Of a DNA stretch of 64,000 nucleotides, positions 41,695 through 54,332 are shown in pieces. The notes below the pieces were generated by a model, which was given only the letters and a program-made list of their open reading frames with translations, made no database searches and was not told the origin of the DNA. The stretch is from the human T2T-CHM13v2.0 reference genome, Homo sapiens. A program made the position numbers and the translations under genes. Where the stretch lies: the NCBI GenBank assembly GCA_009914755.4, contig CP068257.2:41856001-41920000 (forward strand). Direction: 5' to 3'. The stretch's first letter is position 1, and every line of letters starts with the position of its first letter.

Positions 41695-44600
41695 ACAGAA
41701 ACTACCCATTCTGGGTAACATTATCAAGATAGCCAGCTAGAAGTGCCTAGCATTCAACCCCCTCACAGAGACAGCCAGAACAATGAATACACAACTACAT
41801 GTTAACAAAAACAACTGAGGGAGAGTGCTAAAGTGCATTAGAGGAGTAACAGAAACCCTGGCGAGCCCAGAAATTCATGATAGTCACAAAAAGAACAGAA
41901 GGAAATGCCGGGCCCCTGGCACCCCATCCCCTAACCAGGGTCAGCTAGAACCCAGGAAAACACCTCCCTTCAGTGAGGAGGTAATCAAGAGGACCCCAGC
42001 AGCCCCCACCAACACCGTGGACACCCACCGCCCTCACCCTTGGGGTCCCTTGCAGTCCTCACAGGCACGAAGCCCAGGGTGGAGTGAGCTGCCTGGAGGC
42101 CACACCACTGTGCTCCCGCCGGAGAAGGAATCGACACTGTGCCTGCCCCCGTGGCCCTCACGGTGCCCTCTTGGAACTGGAACTACTGCTGGAGTGTATC
42201 TTGTTCCTGGGGTAGCAGCCCCAGCTCCCCTTCACCCCTGAAGCTAAGCCGCTGCCCAACCACCCCAGCCCAGTGGCCCCACATCCCCCAGCCAAGCTGC
42301 AGGCAGCTGTTACACCTCCTCTGTGGGGCCAAGCAAAGGTGGGGCCACTCCACTACCCGCTCTTGCCCCCTCAGGCTGGAGCTAAAGCCATAAACGGCCT
42401 CCAGGGAAAACAATACCTTGGCTGCTCAGAGCAGTCATGCCTCCTGGAACCCAAGTTGAAGAAGCACTCTGCATCCAGGGAAATGCCTGGGCCACCCAGG
42501 ACAGTCCCGTCCCTCAGGCCTGAGTGGAAGCGACACACCACCGCAAGGGGAATCAGTGCCCTGGCTGAGCTGAGCAGCTGCACATCCCAGGGCTGAGCTG
42601 ATGCAGTGCCCTACATCCCAGAGAAACAGAGCAGTAGCTGAGCCCAGACATCCCACCTTACAGGCCAAACAACTCAACTGCCTGCTTCCCTAGAGCTGAA
42701 CTAGCCCCCCACCCCAGTCTGAGCTGCTGAGACACCTCTCTCCCTGCAGAGTGGAGTCATGGATACGCTGCTTCCCACCCTCCTCAGGGCCCCAGTGACA
42801 GGTGTGCTCTGTCATTCTGGGGTACGTTCTCCTGCCACACATGGCCTCACAGAGTCTGGGATACTTACAAGCCCCACCATCCCAGGGTCTTGAGTCATTA
42901 TTACACAGTGTCACATCCCCTGGGACCGGAGCTGCCACTGAGCCCTGTTGGCTCCGGTTCCGGAACTGCAGCCATACCCTGGCTCCCCAGGCCCAAGCCC
43001 CCAGAGCACCCCTTCTTCCTCAGAGTTCCGCCAGTGCTGTACCCTGCCCCACCCCCTGGGGTAGAATCACAGTTACAACCTGGCCCCCTGGGCCCGAGCT
43101 GCTAGAGGGTGCCTCAGAGTCACAGATCCTGGCTCTGAGGGCCACCTAAATCCAACCCTGCCATAAGAGAGCAAACCTGTACCCCAAGACCCACATGCCA
43201 CAATAGGGGTCGCAACCCAGCCCTGCAACCATTACAAGCACCTACACCTGGAACCCAGCACCATGGCAGCTGCTTGTAGGCCATGTCAGAGCAGACATCA
43301 AAGGAATTCCCCTCAGCTAAGTCTCCCCATTGCAAGGAAAATGAGACCAGGAGGACCCCAAAAGCCCTTGATACCAAGGACATTAACAACTTACACTGTC
43401 ACCACCACTGTAACAAACTTCTATAGCCTGGGCCACTGAGGCTAACACTGAACACAGCTGAAAAAGGTTCATGGAGACTATACCACTGCACCTAACCAGC
43501 AACAGTCACTACACCTTTCCTAAATGGCACACTAAAACCCAATTTCAGGTAAAAGTCTCTCTCTACAAAAGCCATGCTAGAAAATCTGGAAAAGGCAATT
43601 ATTCCACCATATGTACAGACATCAATGCAGGGACACAAGAAACATCAAAAAGCAAGGAAATAGGACACCACCAAAGGAACATAATAACTTTCTAGGAATA
43701 GAAGACCCCATCAAAGAGAAAATCAGTGAACTGCCAAAAAGAAAAATTCCAAATGATCTTAAGGAAACTCAATGAGACACAAGAAAATACATATAGACAA
43801 TTCAACAAAATCTGGAATTCATGATCCAAACAAGAAATTCAACAAAAAGTCAGAAATCATAAGAAAGAACTAAACAAATCCTGAAGCTGAAGAATTCAAT
43901 GAATTACATTTAAAATACAATAGAGAGCTTCAACAGCAGACTTGATCAAGCAGAAGAAAGAATCTCTGAATATGAAGACAGGTCATTTGAAACTGCCCAC
44001 TCAGAGGGGAGAAAGAAAGAAATAAGAATGAAAAAGAGTGAAGAAAGTCTGCAAGACTTATGGGACACTATTAAGCAAATGAATTTCATATAATGAGAAT
44101 TATAGAAGGAGAAGAGAGATAAGGGAAGAGGTATAGAAATCCTACTTAAATAATAGCCAAAAACTTCAAAAGTCTGGGAAGACATATGGACATCCAGGTC
44201 CAGGAAGTTTAAAGGTCCTTAAATAGATTCAACCAAAAAAAATTATTCCCCAGGCACACTGTAGCCAAATTGTCAAAAATCAAACACAAAGATAAAATTA
44301 TAAAAGCAGCAAGATAAAAGCATCAAGTCACATACAAAGGAATCTTCATTAGACTAGCATAAAATTCTCCACAAAAACCTTACAGCCCAGAAGAAAATGT
44401 GATGTAATATTCAAAATGATGGCAGAATAAAATTGGCAGCCAAGATTATTATACCCAGCAAAGTTATCCTTCAGAAATGAGGGAGACATAACGTCTTTCC
44501 CAGACAAGCAAAAACTTAAAGGAATTCGTCACTACTAGACTGGCCTTACAAGAAATGCTCAAGGAAATCCTACATCTGGAAGTGAAAAGATGATAAACAC

Positions 44601-47600
44601 TCTCTTAAAAACCCACAAAAGTATAAAACATACTGGTACAGCAGATACACAAGGGAGAAAGAGAAAAGAATCAAGCCTTATCATTAAAAAACCTCACTAA
44701 ACCTCAATGATAAAAAACAAGATAGGAAGAAGGAAACAAAGACTATACAAAACAACTGCAAAACAACAAAATGACAGGAGTAAGTCCTTACCTATCACTA
44801 ATAAAATTAAATGTAAACAGATTAGATTCCCCCACTTAAAAGACATAGACTAGCTGAATTAATTTGAAAAAATATTAACTCTCTAGTAACAGACCCCAGT
44901 GAAAAGCAAACTACATATTGCCTACATGTAACTCATGTCATTTGTAAAGACACATATAGACTGAAAGCAAAGGGATAAAGAAAAGATATTCCACACAAAT
45001 GAACACCAAAAGCAAGCAGGGGTAGCTTTATTTATATCAGTTAAAATAGATTTTATGTCAAAAACTATAAAGAAGGTCATTATATAATGTTAAAAAGATC
45101 AATTCAGCAAGAGGATATAACAATTCTGAACATATATGCACCCAACACTACAGCACCCAGATATATAAAGCAAATGTTATTAGATCTAAAGGGAGAGATA
45201 GACTCCAATATGATAATAGTTAAAAATTTAAACACCCCACTCTCAACATGGAACAGATCACCTAGACATAAAATTAACAAGGAAACTTTGGCTTTAACCA
45301 CACATTAGACCAAATGGACCTAACAGATGTTTACAGAACATTTCATCCAACAGCTACAGAATACACTTTCTTCTTATCAGCACACAAAACCTTTTCCAGG
45401 GTGGACCATGTTAGGACACAAAACAAGTCTCAACAAATCTAAAATAATTAAAATTATAGCAAGTATCTTTTTTGACCACAGTGGAATAAAACTAGAAATC
45501 AACAATAAGGAACTTTCAAAATTGGGCAAGTATGTGTGAATTAAACAACCTGCTCCTGAACAATCAATGAGTCAACAACAAAATCAAGAGGAAAATTTTA
45601 AAATTAATTGAAACAAATGAAAATCAAAACACAATATATCAAAACCAATAGGATATAGCAAAAGCAGTGCTAAGAGGGAAATTTAGAGCAATAAATGTCT
45701 ACATCAGAAAAGTGGAAAGATTTTAAATAAATAAGCTAATAATGTATTTCAAGGAAATACAAAAGCAAGAACAAACCAAACCCCAAACTAGTACAGGGAA
45801 AGAAATAATAAAGATCAGAGAAGAAATAAATAAAATTAAGGCCAGATGTGATGGCTCATGCCTGTAATCACAGCACTCTGGAAAGCGGTGATGGGAGACT
45901 CACCTGAGCCCAGGTATTCAAGACGAGCCCGGGTAACAAAGCGAGACCCCGTCTCTACCAAACAAACAAAAACACCCACTTGTCAGGTGTGGCAGCGTGT
46001 GCCTATAATGCAAGCTACTCAGGAGGCTAAGGTGGGAGGATTGCTTGGCCCCAGCAGGTCAAGGCTGCTGTAAGCAGTGATTGTACCGCTGCACTCCAGC
46101 CTGAGTGACAACAAGACCATGTCTCAAAAACAAAACAAAATTAAGAGTAAAAAGCAATACAAAATATCAACAAAACAAAAAGTTGGTTTTTTGAAAAGTT
46201 AAACAAAAATCAAAAACCATTAGCTAGAGGAACCAAGAAAAAGAGAAAAGACCCAAATCAATAAAATCAGAAATGAAAAAGGAGACATAACAACTGATAT
46301 TACATAAATAGAAAGGATCATGAGAGGCTATTAAAAAGAACTCTATTCCAACAAATTAGAAAACCTAGGGGAAATGGATAACTTCCCAGACACATACAAC
46401 CGACCAAGAAGAACAAAGAAGACACAGAAACCTGAAGAGACCAGTTACAAGTAACAAGATTCAATCTGTTAAAGAAAAGCCCAGAATGGGATGGCTTCAC
46501 TGTAGAATTCTACCATGCATTTAAAGAACTGATACCAATTCTTCTCAAACTCTTCCAGAAAATTGAGGAGGAAGGACTTCTTCCAAACTTATGCTATAAG
46601 GCCAACATTACCTTGATACCAAAACCAGATAAGGACACAACAACAAAAACAACAGGCCAACATCCATGATAAACACGGATGCAAAAATTCTCAACAAAAC
46701 ACTAGCAAACCAAATACAGCAGCATATTACACAGATCATTCACCATGATCAAAAAAGATTTATGCCAGAGATGCAAGCATGGTTCACCACATGCAAATCA
46801 ACAGATATTATACAACATATTAATAGAATTAAGTGCAAAAACCATATGGTCATCTCAACAGATAAAGAAAAAGCATTTAATACCATCTGGCATCGCTTTA
46901 TGACAAAAACTCTTAATAACTTAGGTACAGAAGCAACACAATAGAGGCCATATATGACAAACCCATAGCCAACATCATAATGAACAGGGAAAAGCTGAAA
47001 GCTTTTCTTCTAAGATCTGGAATAAGACAAAGATTCCCACCATCACCACTCCTATTCAAGATAGTACTGTAAGTCCCAGCTAGAGCAATTAGGCAAGAAA
47101 AAAATAAATAAAGGGCATCCAAATTGGAAAAGAGGAAGTCAAATTGTCCCTGTTTACAGACAACATTATTGTATACACAGAAAACTCTAAAAGGTCCACC
47201 AAAAATTGTTAAAATAAATGAATTCAATAAAGAAAGTTGCTGAACACAAAAATCAACATGCAAAATTCAGCAGCATTTCTATACACCAATAACACAATCT
47301 CAAAAATAAATCAGTGAGGCAATCCCATTTACAATAGCTACAAAAAATATTTAGGAATAAATTTAACCAAATTTAAACATGAAGTAAAAGATCTCAAAAA
47401 GAAAAACTATAAAACACCGATGAAAGAAACTGAAGACACAAACAAATGGAAAGACATCCCATGTTCATAAACTAGAACAATAAATATTGTAAAAATGACC
47501 ATACTACCAAAAGCAATCTACAGAATCAATGCAATCCTTGCCAAAATACCAATGACATTCTTCACAAAAAAAAAAAAAAAACAGAAAAAACAATCCTGAA

Positions 47601-48195
47601 ATTCATAATGGAAGTACAAAAGACTCCAAATAGCTGAAGCAATCCTGAGCAAAAAAAAACAACAACAAAAAAAAAAACAGACTATCACACTACTCTACAA
47701 GAATGGCTAGACCACACAAAATCTTGTATAGGAATGTTAATCTAGCAGCATGATTCATAACATCCAAAAAGTGGAAATAACCCAACGTCCATCAAATGAT
47801 GAATGGGCGAACAAAATGTCGTATATACACATAATGGGATATTAGGTCATAAAAATGAATGGTGTACTGACACATGATACAACATAGATGAATTCTGAAA
47901 ACACACTAAGCCAGACACAAAAAGCCACATACTGTACAACACTAATTTTATAAAATGTTCATAATAGGCAAATCCATAGTGACAGAAAGCAGATTAGTCA
48001 TTGCCAGGGATGGAGTCACTGCTAATAGGTATGGGGGTTTCTATTGGTGGCAATGAAAATATTCTAAAATTAGACAATGGTAATGCTTGCACAACTCTGT
48101 GAACATACTAAAAACCACTGAATTGTGTATTATGAATGAACTTTACAGCATGCAAATTATATCTCAATAAAGCCATTTTTAGAAAAATGATGTGA
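41695..48195 (+). mobile_element. near-full-length old primate L1 (L1PB/L1MA-like): long about 1.9 kb 5'UTR (41,695-43,560), degenerate ORF1 (about 43,560-44,700), degenerate ORF2 (about 44,700-48,000), 3'UTR; nested Alu at 45,841-46,132; 5' boundary approximate
   Basis: ORF1 landmarks ...aatctctgaatatgaagacaggtcatttgaaa..., ...ccacaaaaaccttacagcccagaagaaaatgtgatgtaatattcaaaatgatg...; ORF2 landmarks ...cattatataatgttaaaaagatcaattcagcaagaggatataacaattctgaacatatatgcacccaacactacagcacccagatatataaagcaaatgttattagatctaaagggagag..., ...ggatggcttcactgtagaattctaccatgcatttaaagaactgataccaattcttctcaaactcttccagaaaattgaggaggaaggacttcttccaaactt..., ...gcatggttcaccacatgcaaatcaacagatattatacaacatattaatagaattaagtgcaaaaaccatatggtcatctcaacagataaagaaaaagcatttaat...; many in-frame stops. 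Confidence 0.85.
45841..46132 (+). mobile_element. Alu SINE, sense, nested inside L1 ORF2; target-site duplication aaaattaag
   Basis: gccagatgtgatggctcatgcctgtaatcacagcactctggaaagcggtgatgggagactcacctgagcccaggtattcaagacgagcc ... ; aaaattaag present at 45,832-45,840 and 46,138-46,146. Confidence 0.9.
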
Positions 48196-48336
48196 GAAAA
48201 ATAGAAAAATTCTAACAAGAGCTAAAGATTATCTAAAAATATCATACCAATGTTAATTTTGTGGTTTTGGTAACTGTTCTATGGTTATGTAAGATGCTAA
48301 CATTAGGGGAAGCTGGGTGAGAGTTACTTGCTACTA

Positions 48337-48648
<312 letters not shown>

Positions 48649-50740
48649 TCAAAATAAGGTTAAAATTTACATAGGGTAAACTGCATAAATCTTATGAGTA
48701 AAATTAAGGTCTAACAGAAATGCATGCACCACAAAAAACATCGCTCTGTCAAGATACAGTGTGTCTCTCCCCCTGCCATGAAGCTCCCTCATGCCCTCCT
48801 GTCCCTTCTAGGCAGCCCAACCCATAAGTGACTGATGCTCTGGTTTCTACCACCCTAGATTAGTTCTGCTTATTCTTGAAAATCACAGGAATGGAGCCAC
48901 ACAGAAAACAAACCCCAATAAAGCACTATTTCACTATTAAAGCTCTGGCAAATGAAAATAAATAAAATTACATTCTGCTTGGTTTCTTCTACAGTTTCTC
49001 AGTTTAGTCCCCTCTTGACATTCTGGGGCTATTTTCTCCTCACAAAGTTCTATCAAGAGCTTGGATGGACATGAAAACCCTGCCTGTATCTCACCACGTT
49101 TCCTCCCAACAGTAGACAGATTTTTTTTGTTAATGTGCTCGCTCATTAAACCATTTGTGAGTGGGAAGGAGTATGGGGCAGAGAATCTACGCTGGTGACC
49201 TGGAGCAGCCAGCGTAACAAGAGGGCCACCAACAACTCTGAACACTGAAACAATCTCAACCAGGCACTCGGAAAGCTCCCCTGGCTGATGGCCTCCAGCT
49301 GGAAGGTCTCAAGTCACAGGTCTCTGCCATGGACAAATGCTTCTGGTAAGCATACGGCCACTCAGTCACATCTATCAGCAGCAGCAGCATCTGGCAGGAA
49401 CTGTGCCTGTGGCTAGGCTTAAATAACTGCACCAATCCACGCTGAACAGCTGAGAAGCAACTGAGTCTACCAGCTGTGCCAGTTCAATTCACAGGCATCC
49501 ACTGCAGGCCCAGCCACTGGACAGAGGATGTACTGCTGGGCAATGACTGGTTATCATTACTGGCAGGCAACATTCTTCCCTACTCTCTGCAGGGATTTGG
49601 GGAGAAAACTCAGAATGAGAGGTAAAGATGTAACCATGCTTCAATAAAATGATGAGGAACTTTAAAATCCCATTTCTTTATACACACAGCCAAACTGAAA
49701 CATCTTATCCTAAAGCTGGTGCACGCTGACTTAGGTTCCTTAGAAAGAAGGCTCCACCAGGCACGGGCATCTGTCTGATAGGAAGCAAGGTCTACAAACT
49801 CCCTCCTTGCCCATACTTCTCTTCACCGCCCCTTCCTATTCTCCATGTCACACTCACTGTCAACATCAAGGTAGCTCAATGTTTCCCAAACTGGGTCCCT
49901 CAGGACACTAGTTCCCCACAATGGTAAGAGGGTTTTCATATGTCCCACGCTCACACCCAGTGGGAAGGGGAAGGGAGGGAAAAACAAAATGGCACTCAGA
50001 GTTAAGTCACAGCTAACTGAGAACAAGGAGATGGCACTGAGACACCCTAGCTCCACATGCCCTTGTGATAGCTCTTGTCGCAGGCATTGATTTCCCAGTG
50101 CCACATTTCTCAGACATGGGCACTCATGCTAACACAAAGAAAACTCACCAAACTCGGCCTGGAGGACACCCTGACAGCTATGCTGGCTCCTTGGTACTTG
50201 CTGGTGGGCTCCTCAGGCACATGCTCACAGGGCCCTATTGTCAACCACACCTTCAAATGACAATAAACAAATCTATCTTTACTTATCTGCTAATTGTCTG
50301 TTTTTCTAAAACTCACACATTAAATGCATAAACTATAATAACACATGAGGCACACTGAGTGTGCAGCACCATGTGGAGGCGCAAACACAGACTCTGGAGT
50401 CACTCACCAGCAGCCCCTCGGCAAAGCCATGTCACCTTGCTAGGCCTTTGTTTTCTCATCTATAAACTGGTTTTAAATTCTCTACACCACTATTATAAAG
50501 ACTAAATAAAGGAGGAGATACCAGCAAAACTGTCTATCACACTTGGTAGATAGTAGGCATTCCATAAACAGTAATTTCCAAATTACACAAACTAAAGCCT
50601 CACCCCACCCCCATGCTCTCCTCCAACACCCCATGCCTGCCACATGGGCCTCTGGCTCTGCTAACACACCCCACCTCGGGCGCTTGTACATGTTGATCCC
50701 TCTGGCTGGAACGTGCCTTCCCAGACACCCTAAGAGCTTG

Positions 50741-51199
50741 CTTCGCTTCCTTTCCAACTTGGGCCTGGCAGAATGGCTCCTACAAAGGGTGGCGAGAAGA
50801 AAAAGGGCCGTTCTACCATCAACAAGGTGGTGACCTGAGATACGCCATCAACATTCACAGCACATCCACAGAGTGGCCTTCAAGAAGCGTGCCCCTCAGG
50901 CACTCAAAGAGATTTGGAAATTTGCCATGAAGGAGATGGGAACTCCAGATATGTGCATTGATACCAGGCTCAACAAAGCTGTCTGGACCAAAGGAATAAG
51001 GAATATCCCATACCGCATCCGTGTGCGGTTGTCCAGAAAATGTAAAGAGAATGAAGATTCACCAAATAAACTCTATACTTTGATTACTTATGTACCCGTT
51101 ACTGCTTTCAAAAATCTATAGACAGTCAATGTGGATGAGAACTAACAGCTGATCATCAAATACATCAAATAAAGTTATAAAATTGCCTTAAAAAAAAGA
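50741..51199 (+). pseudogene. RPL31: processed pseudogene of ribosomal protein L31: intronless, 5'UTR remnant, disabled CDS, 3'UTR with AATAAA and poly-A tail
   Basis: cttcgcttcctttccaacttgggcctggcagaATGGCTCCTACAAAGGGTGGCGAGAAGAAAAAGGGCCGTTCTACCATCAACAAGGTGGTGACCTGAGATACGCC... translates [21 protein letters not shown] then out of frame; downstream ORF-track entry 50873..51121 [82 protein letters not shown] matches RPL31 (…[89 protein letters not shown]); 1-nt deletion giving TGA near codon 22; TAG in place of CAG (ctatagaca); ends caaataaagttataaaattgccttaaaaaaaag. Confidence 0.9.
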
Positions 51200-51544
51200 G
51201 CTCACTTCCCTCTTCTTTCAGATCTTCGTGTGGATGTCAACCGCTCAGTGGTCTTCCATGACCACTCTAAAATTAAAACACAAAAGCTACCCCTCTCAGG
51301 TCTCCCGCCCTTTACCCTCCATGGCATTAAATATCACAGAGTCCACAGTGCCCTGCGCTGCTTTACTGGCGCTGCTGTCTCTCCTCACTGGCTAGCTCCA
51401 TGAAGGCAAGGACTTGGGGCTGTCTGGCTTGCTGCTGTGGCCTCAGTGCCTAGAACAGGACCTGGCACGTAGTGGTGAGTGAATTAGTGATGTTTAGTGA
51501 TAGACACTGTTTCTAATTATGTAATTAGAAAGAAGGAGGACTAC

Positions 51545-51830
51545 TACTAAGTGTAAATCTGATTAAAGATATTGAAGACCTCCATTCAGAAAACTACAAT
51601 ACCCTGTTGAGAGAAAGACGGCCCTAAGCAGTGAAGAAATGTATCATGTCATGTACTGGAGGTCTCAACACTCTAAAAACGTCAATTCTTCCAAACTGAT
51701 CTACAGATTCCATGAAATTTCCATCAAAATCAACACGGTGTCCTTTGTGGAATTTGACAGGCAGATTCTAAAATTTATATGGAAAGGAGACAATAATAGT
51801 GAAGGCATTTTTTGAAGAAAAACAATGTTC
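51545..51830 (+). mobile_element. old L1 ORF2 C-terminal fragment
   Basis: ctccattcagaaaactacaataccctgttgagagaaag ... caaactgatctacagattccatgaaatttccatcaaaatcaacacggtgtcctttgtggaatttgacaggcagattctaaaatttatatggaaagg. Confidence 0.55.
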
Positions 51831-52129
51831 GTTCTAGGTATCAAAAACTTATCCATCTTGACAAGAGGCAATGTAGCACTGCAGGATGGGAGACTGGCCG
51901 AGTGCAATGGAGAGCACAGACACAGACCCCACACACGTGTGGGCACCGAGGAGAGTGGGGAAAGCACAGTGCCCTCCGCAGTCAGTGCTGGGTCTGTGAG
52001 AACCCTGGGGAACGCTTAACTTGACCCCTATCACAGAGCATGCCCAAAGATAAATGCAAAAGGCAAAAAGAGAAACCGAGGAGAAAATATAGGCAGATAT
52101 ATTCATGACCTTGAGGTAAGCAGACATTT

Positions 52130-52787
52130 TCTTAACAGGATACATTAAGCACTCAGAGTACATTCAAATCAGGAACTTCTGTTCATCAAAACATACCATT
52201 AAGAGAAATAAAGCAAGACATGGAGTGGTAAAATAAATGCGCAACTTTAATAAAATCAAAAAAGATTCTGTATCCAGAATATACAAATTCAGACAACCTA
52301 AAAGAAAAAAAGGCAAGAGCTCTGAATAGGTTGTGACAAAAATGGATATCCAAATGGCCAGTAAACACAGGAAAAGGTGCTCCACTTCAGAACTCATAAA
52401 AACAATGCAAATTAAAACCACAATGAGCCAGCCCTCCATCCCCACAGAATGGCTACAATGAAGATCTCTGACAATACCAGGTGTTTCCAAGAAAGAAAAG
52501 CAACCAGAACGCTCCTTTGCTGTTGGTAAATGTTCACACCTGATATAACCACTTTGCAAAACAGCCCAGCATAAACTACTAGAGGTGAAGACATGCACTT
52601 CTATAGATCCCAAACTTCCATTCCTAAAGATAAACGCAACAGGAAAACATGCACATGTCCTTTACCAAACGACAAGTACAAGAATGTTAGAGAAGTACTA
52701 TTTGTAAAGGCCAATAACTAGAAATAATCCAAATGTGCATCAATAGTAAAATGGATAACTAAACTGGTAAATTCATACAATAGAATA
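52130..52787 (+). mobile_element. old L1 3'-end fragment
   Basis: aaggcaagagctctgaataggttgtgacaaaaatggatatccaaatggccagtaaacacaggaaaaggtgctccacttcagaactcataaaaacaatgcaaattaaaaccacaatgag ... gaaaagcaaccagaacgctcctttgctgttggtaaatgttcacacc ... tacaagaatgttagagaagtactatttgtaaaggccaataactagaaataatccaaatgtgcatcaatag. Confidence 0.6.
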
Positions 52788-53499
52788 CAGGTTGAGCATC
52801 ATCAATCTGAAAATCCAAAACCCAAAGTGCTCCAAAGTTGGAAACTTTTTGAGTGCCAACATGATGACACAAGTGAAAAATTCCACACCTGACTTCACAC
52901 GACAGGTTACAATCAAAAGGCAGGCACACAACACACAGTTTATTCAGAGTCACCAAGGGAAAAGAGACCGTTCAGGTCCCTTTGGCTGCGATGTCTTTTC
53001 CATGCAGGCCCGGATTCCCCAATGCAAGCACACCCACAAAGGTAATAAAATGGTGTGTGTGCAGGCCAGTGCACCAAGGGCAGGTTCCCCACATTGCCCC
53101 ATGGAGGGCCAGTAAATACTGTTAAATACTTAGGTGTGCATAAGTGAGAGAAAATGACTGCTTGTCAGCCACTTATAAATTCAGAGTCAGGAATGATGGT
53201 GATGCAAACAACCACAGAATGTCTACATGGGCGGCTCAGAGAGTGACACCTTTACTTTCTGATGGTTCAACATACACAAATTTTGTTTCATGTACAAAAT
53301 TACTAAAAGTACTATATAAAATTACCTTCGGGCTATGTCTATCACAGGTATATGAAATACATATGAACATGTTTAGACTTGGGTCCTATCCCCAAGGTAT
53401 CTCATTATGGATATGCAAATATTCCAAAATCCAAAACAATCTGAAATCTGAAACACTTCCTGTCCCAAGCATTTCAAATAAGGGATATTCAACCTGTAC
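52788..53499 (+). mobile_element. Tigger-like (Tc1/mariner) non-autonomous DNA transposon with terminal inverted repeats
   Basis: 5' end caggttgagcatcatcaatctgaaaatccaaaacccaaagtgctccaaagttggaaactttttgagtgccaacatgatg; 3' end atattccaaaatccaaaacaatctgaaatctgaaacacttcctgtcccaagcatttcaaataagggatattcaacctgtac, the reverse complement of the 5' TIR; matches the remembered Tigger-type termini caggttgagcatccctaatccgaaaatccgaaa... Confidence 0.6.
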
Positions 53500-53506
53500 T
53501 ATAGAG

Positions 53507-53717
53507 CAGTGGTTCTCAACCAGGGCGAGGGGCATTTTGCCATCCCAGAGGGCAATCTGAACATCTGGAAACATTTTTGATTGTCACAAGTGGGAGACAC
53601 TATTGGTATCTGGTGGGTAAAGACCAGGAAGACTGCTAAAATCCCTACAGTGAACAGGGCAGCCCCACAGCAGAGCATCATTAAGCCTGAAACGTCAGCA
53701 GTGCTGAGAAACCCTAC
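53507..53717 (+). mobile_element. hAT-like non-autonomous DNA transposon (cagtggttctcaac...gagaaaccct type), immediately adjacent to the Tigger element
   Basis: cagtggttctcaaccagggcgaggggcattttgccatcccagagggcaatctgaacatctggaaacatttttgattgtcacaagtgggagacactattggtatctggtgggtaaagaccaggaagactgctaaaatccctacagtgaacagggcagccccacagcagagcatcattaagcctgaaacgtcagcagtgctgagaaaccct. Confidence 0.5.
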
Positions 53718-54021
53718 GAGGTGGCAGTGAAAATGAACCACAGCTACATGCAACAGCACGATGGACCTCACTAGCAAAGTGCTCAATGAAAAAGCCAACA
53801 TCAAAGTATGGTTTCATTTATATAATGTTCAAAAATGGGAAAATGGGAGTGGGTAGTGATGAGGAAGAAGCACACGCATTTCCTGGGTGCAGGCAACATG
53901 CCATTTCTCACCCTGGGTGGTGGTGAACAAATGTTCCTTTGTAATTATTCTCTGAGCTTCACTTTTATGTTTCTGTACTTTTCTCTAGGTATGCTGTGCT
54001 TCTCATTAAAAATGTTTTGAG

Positions 54022-54332
<311 letters not shown>

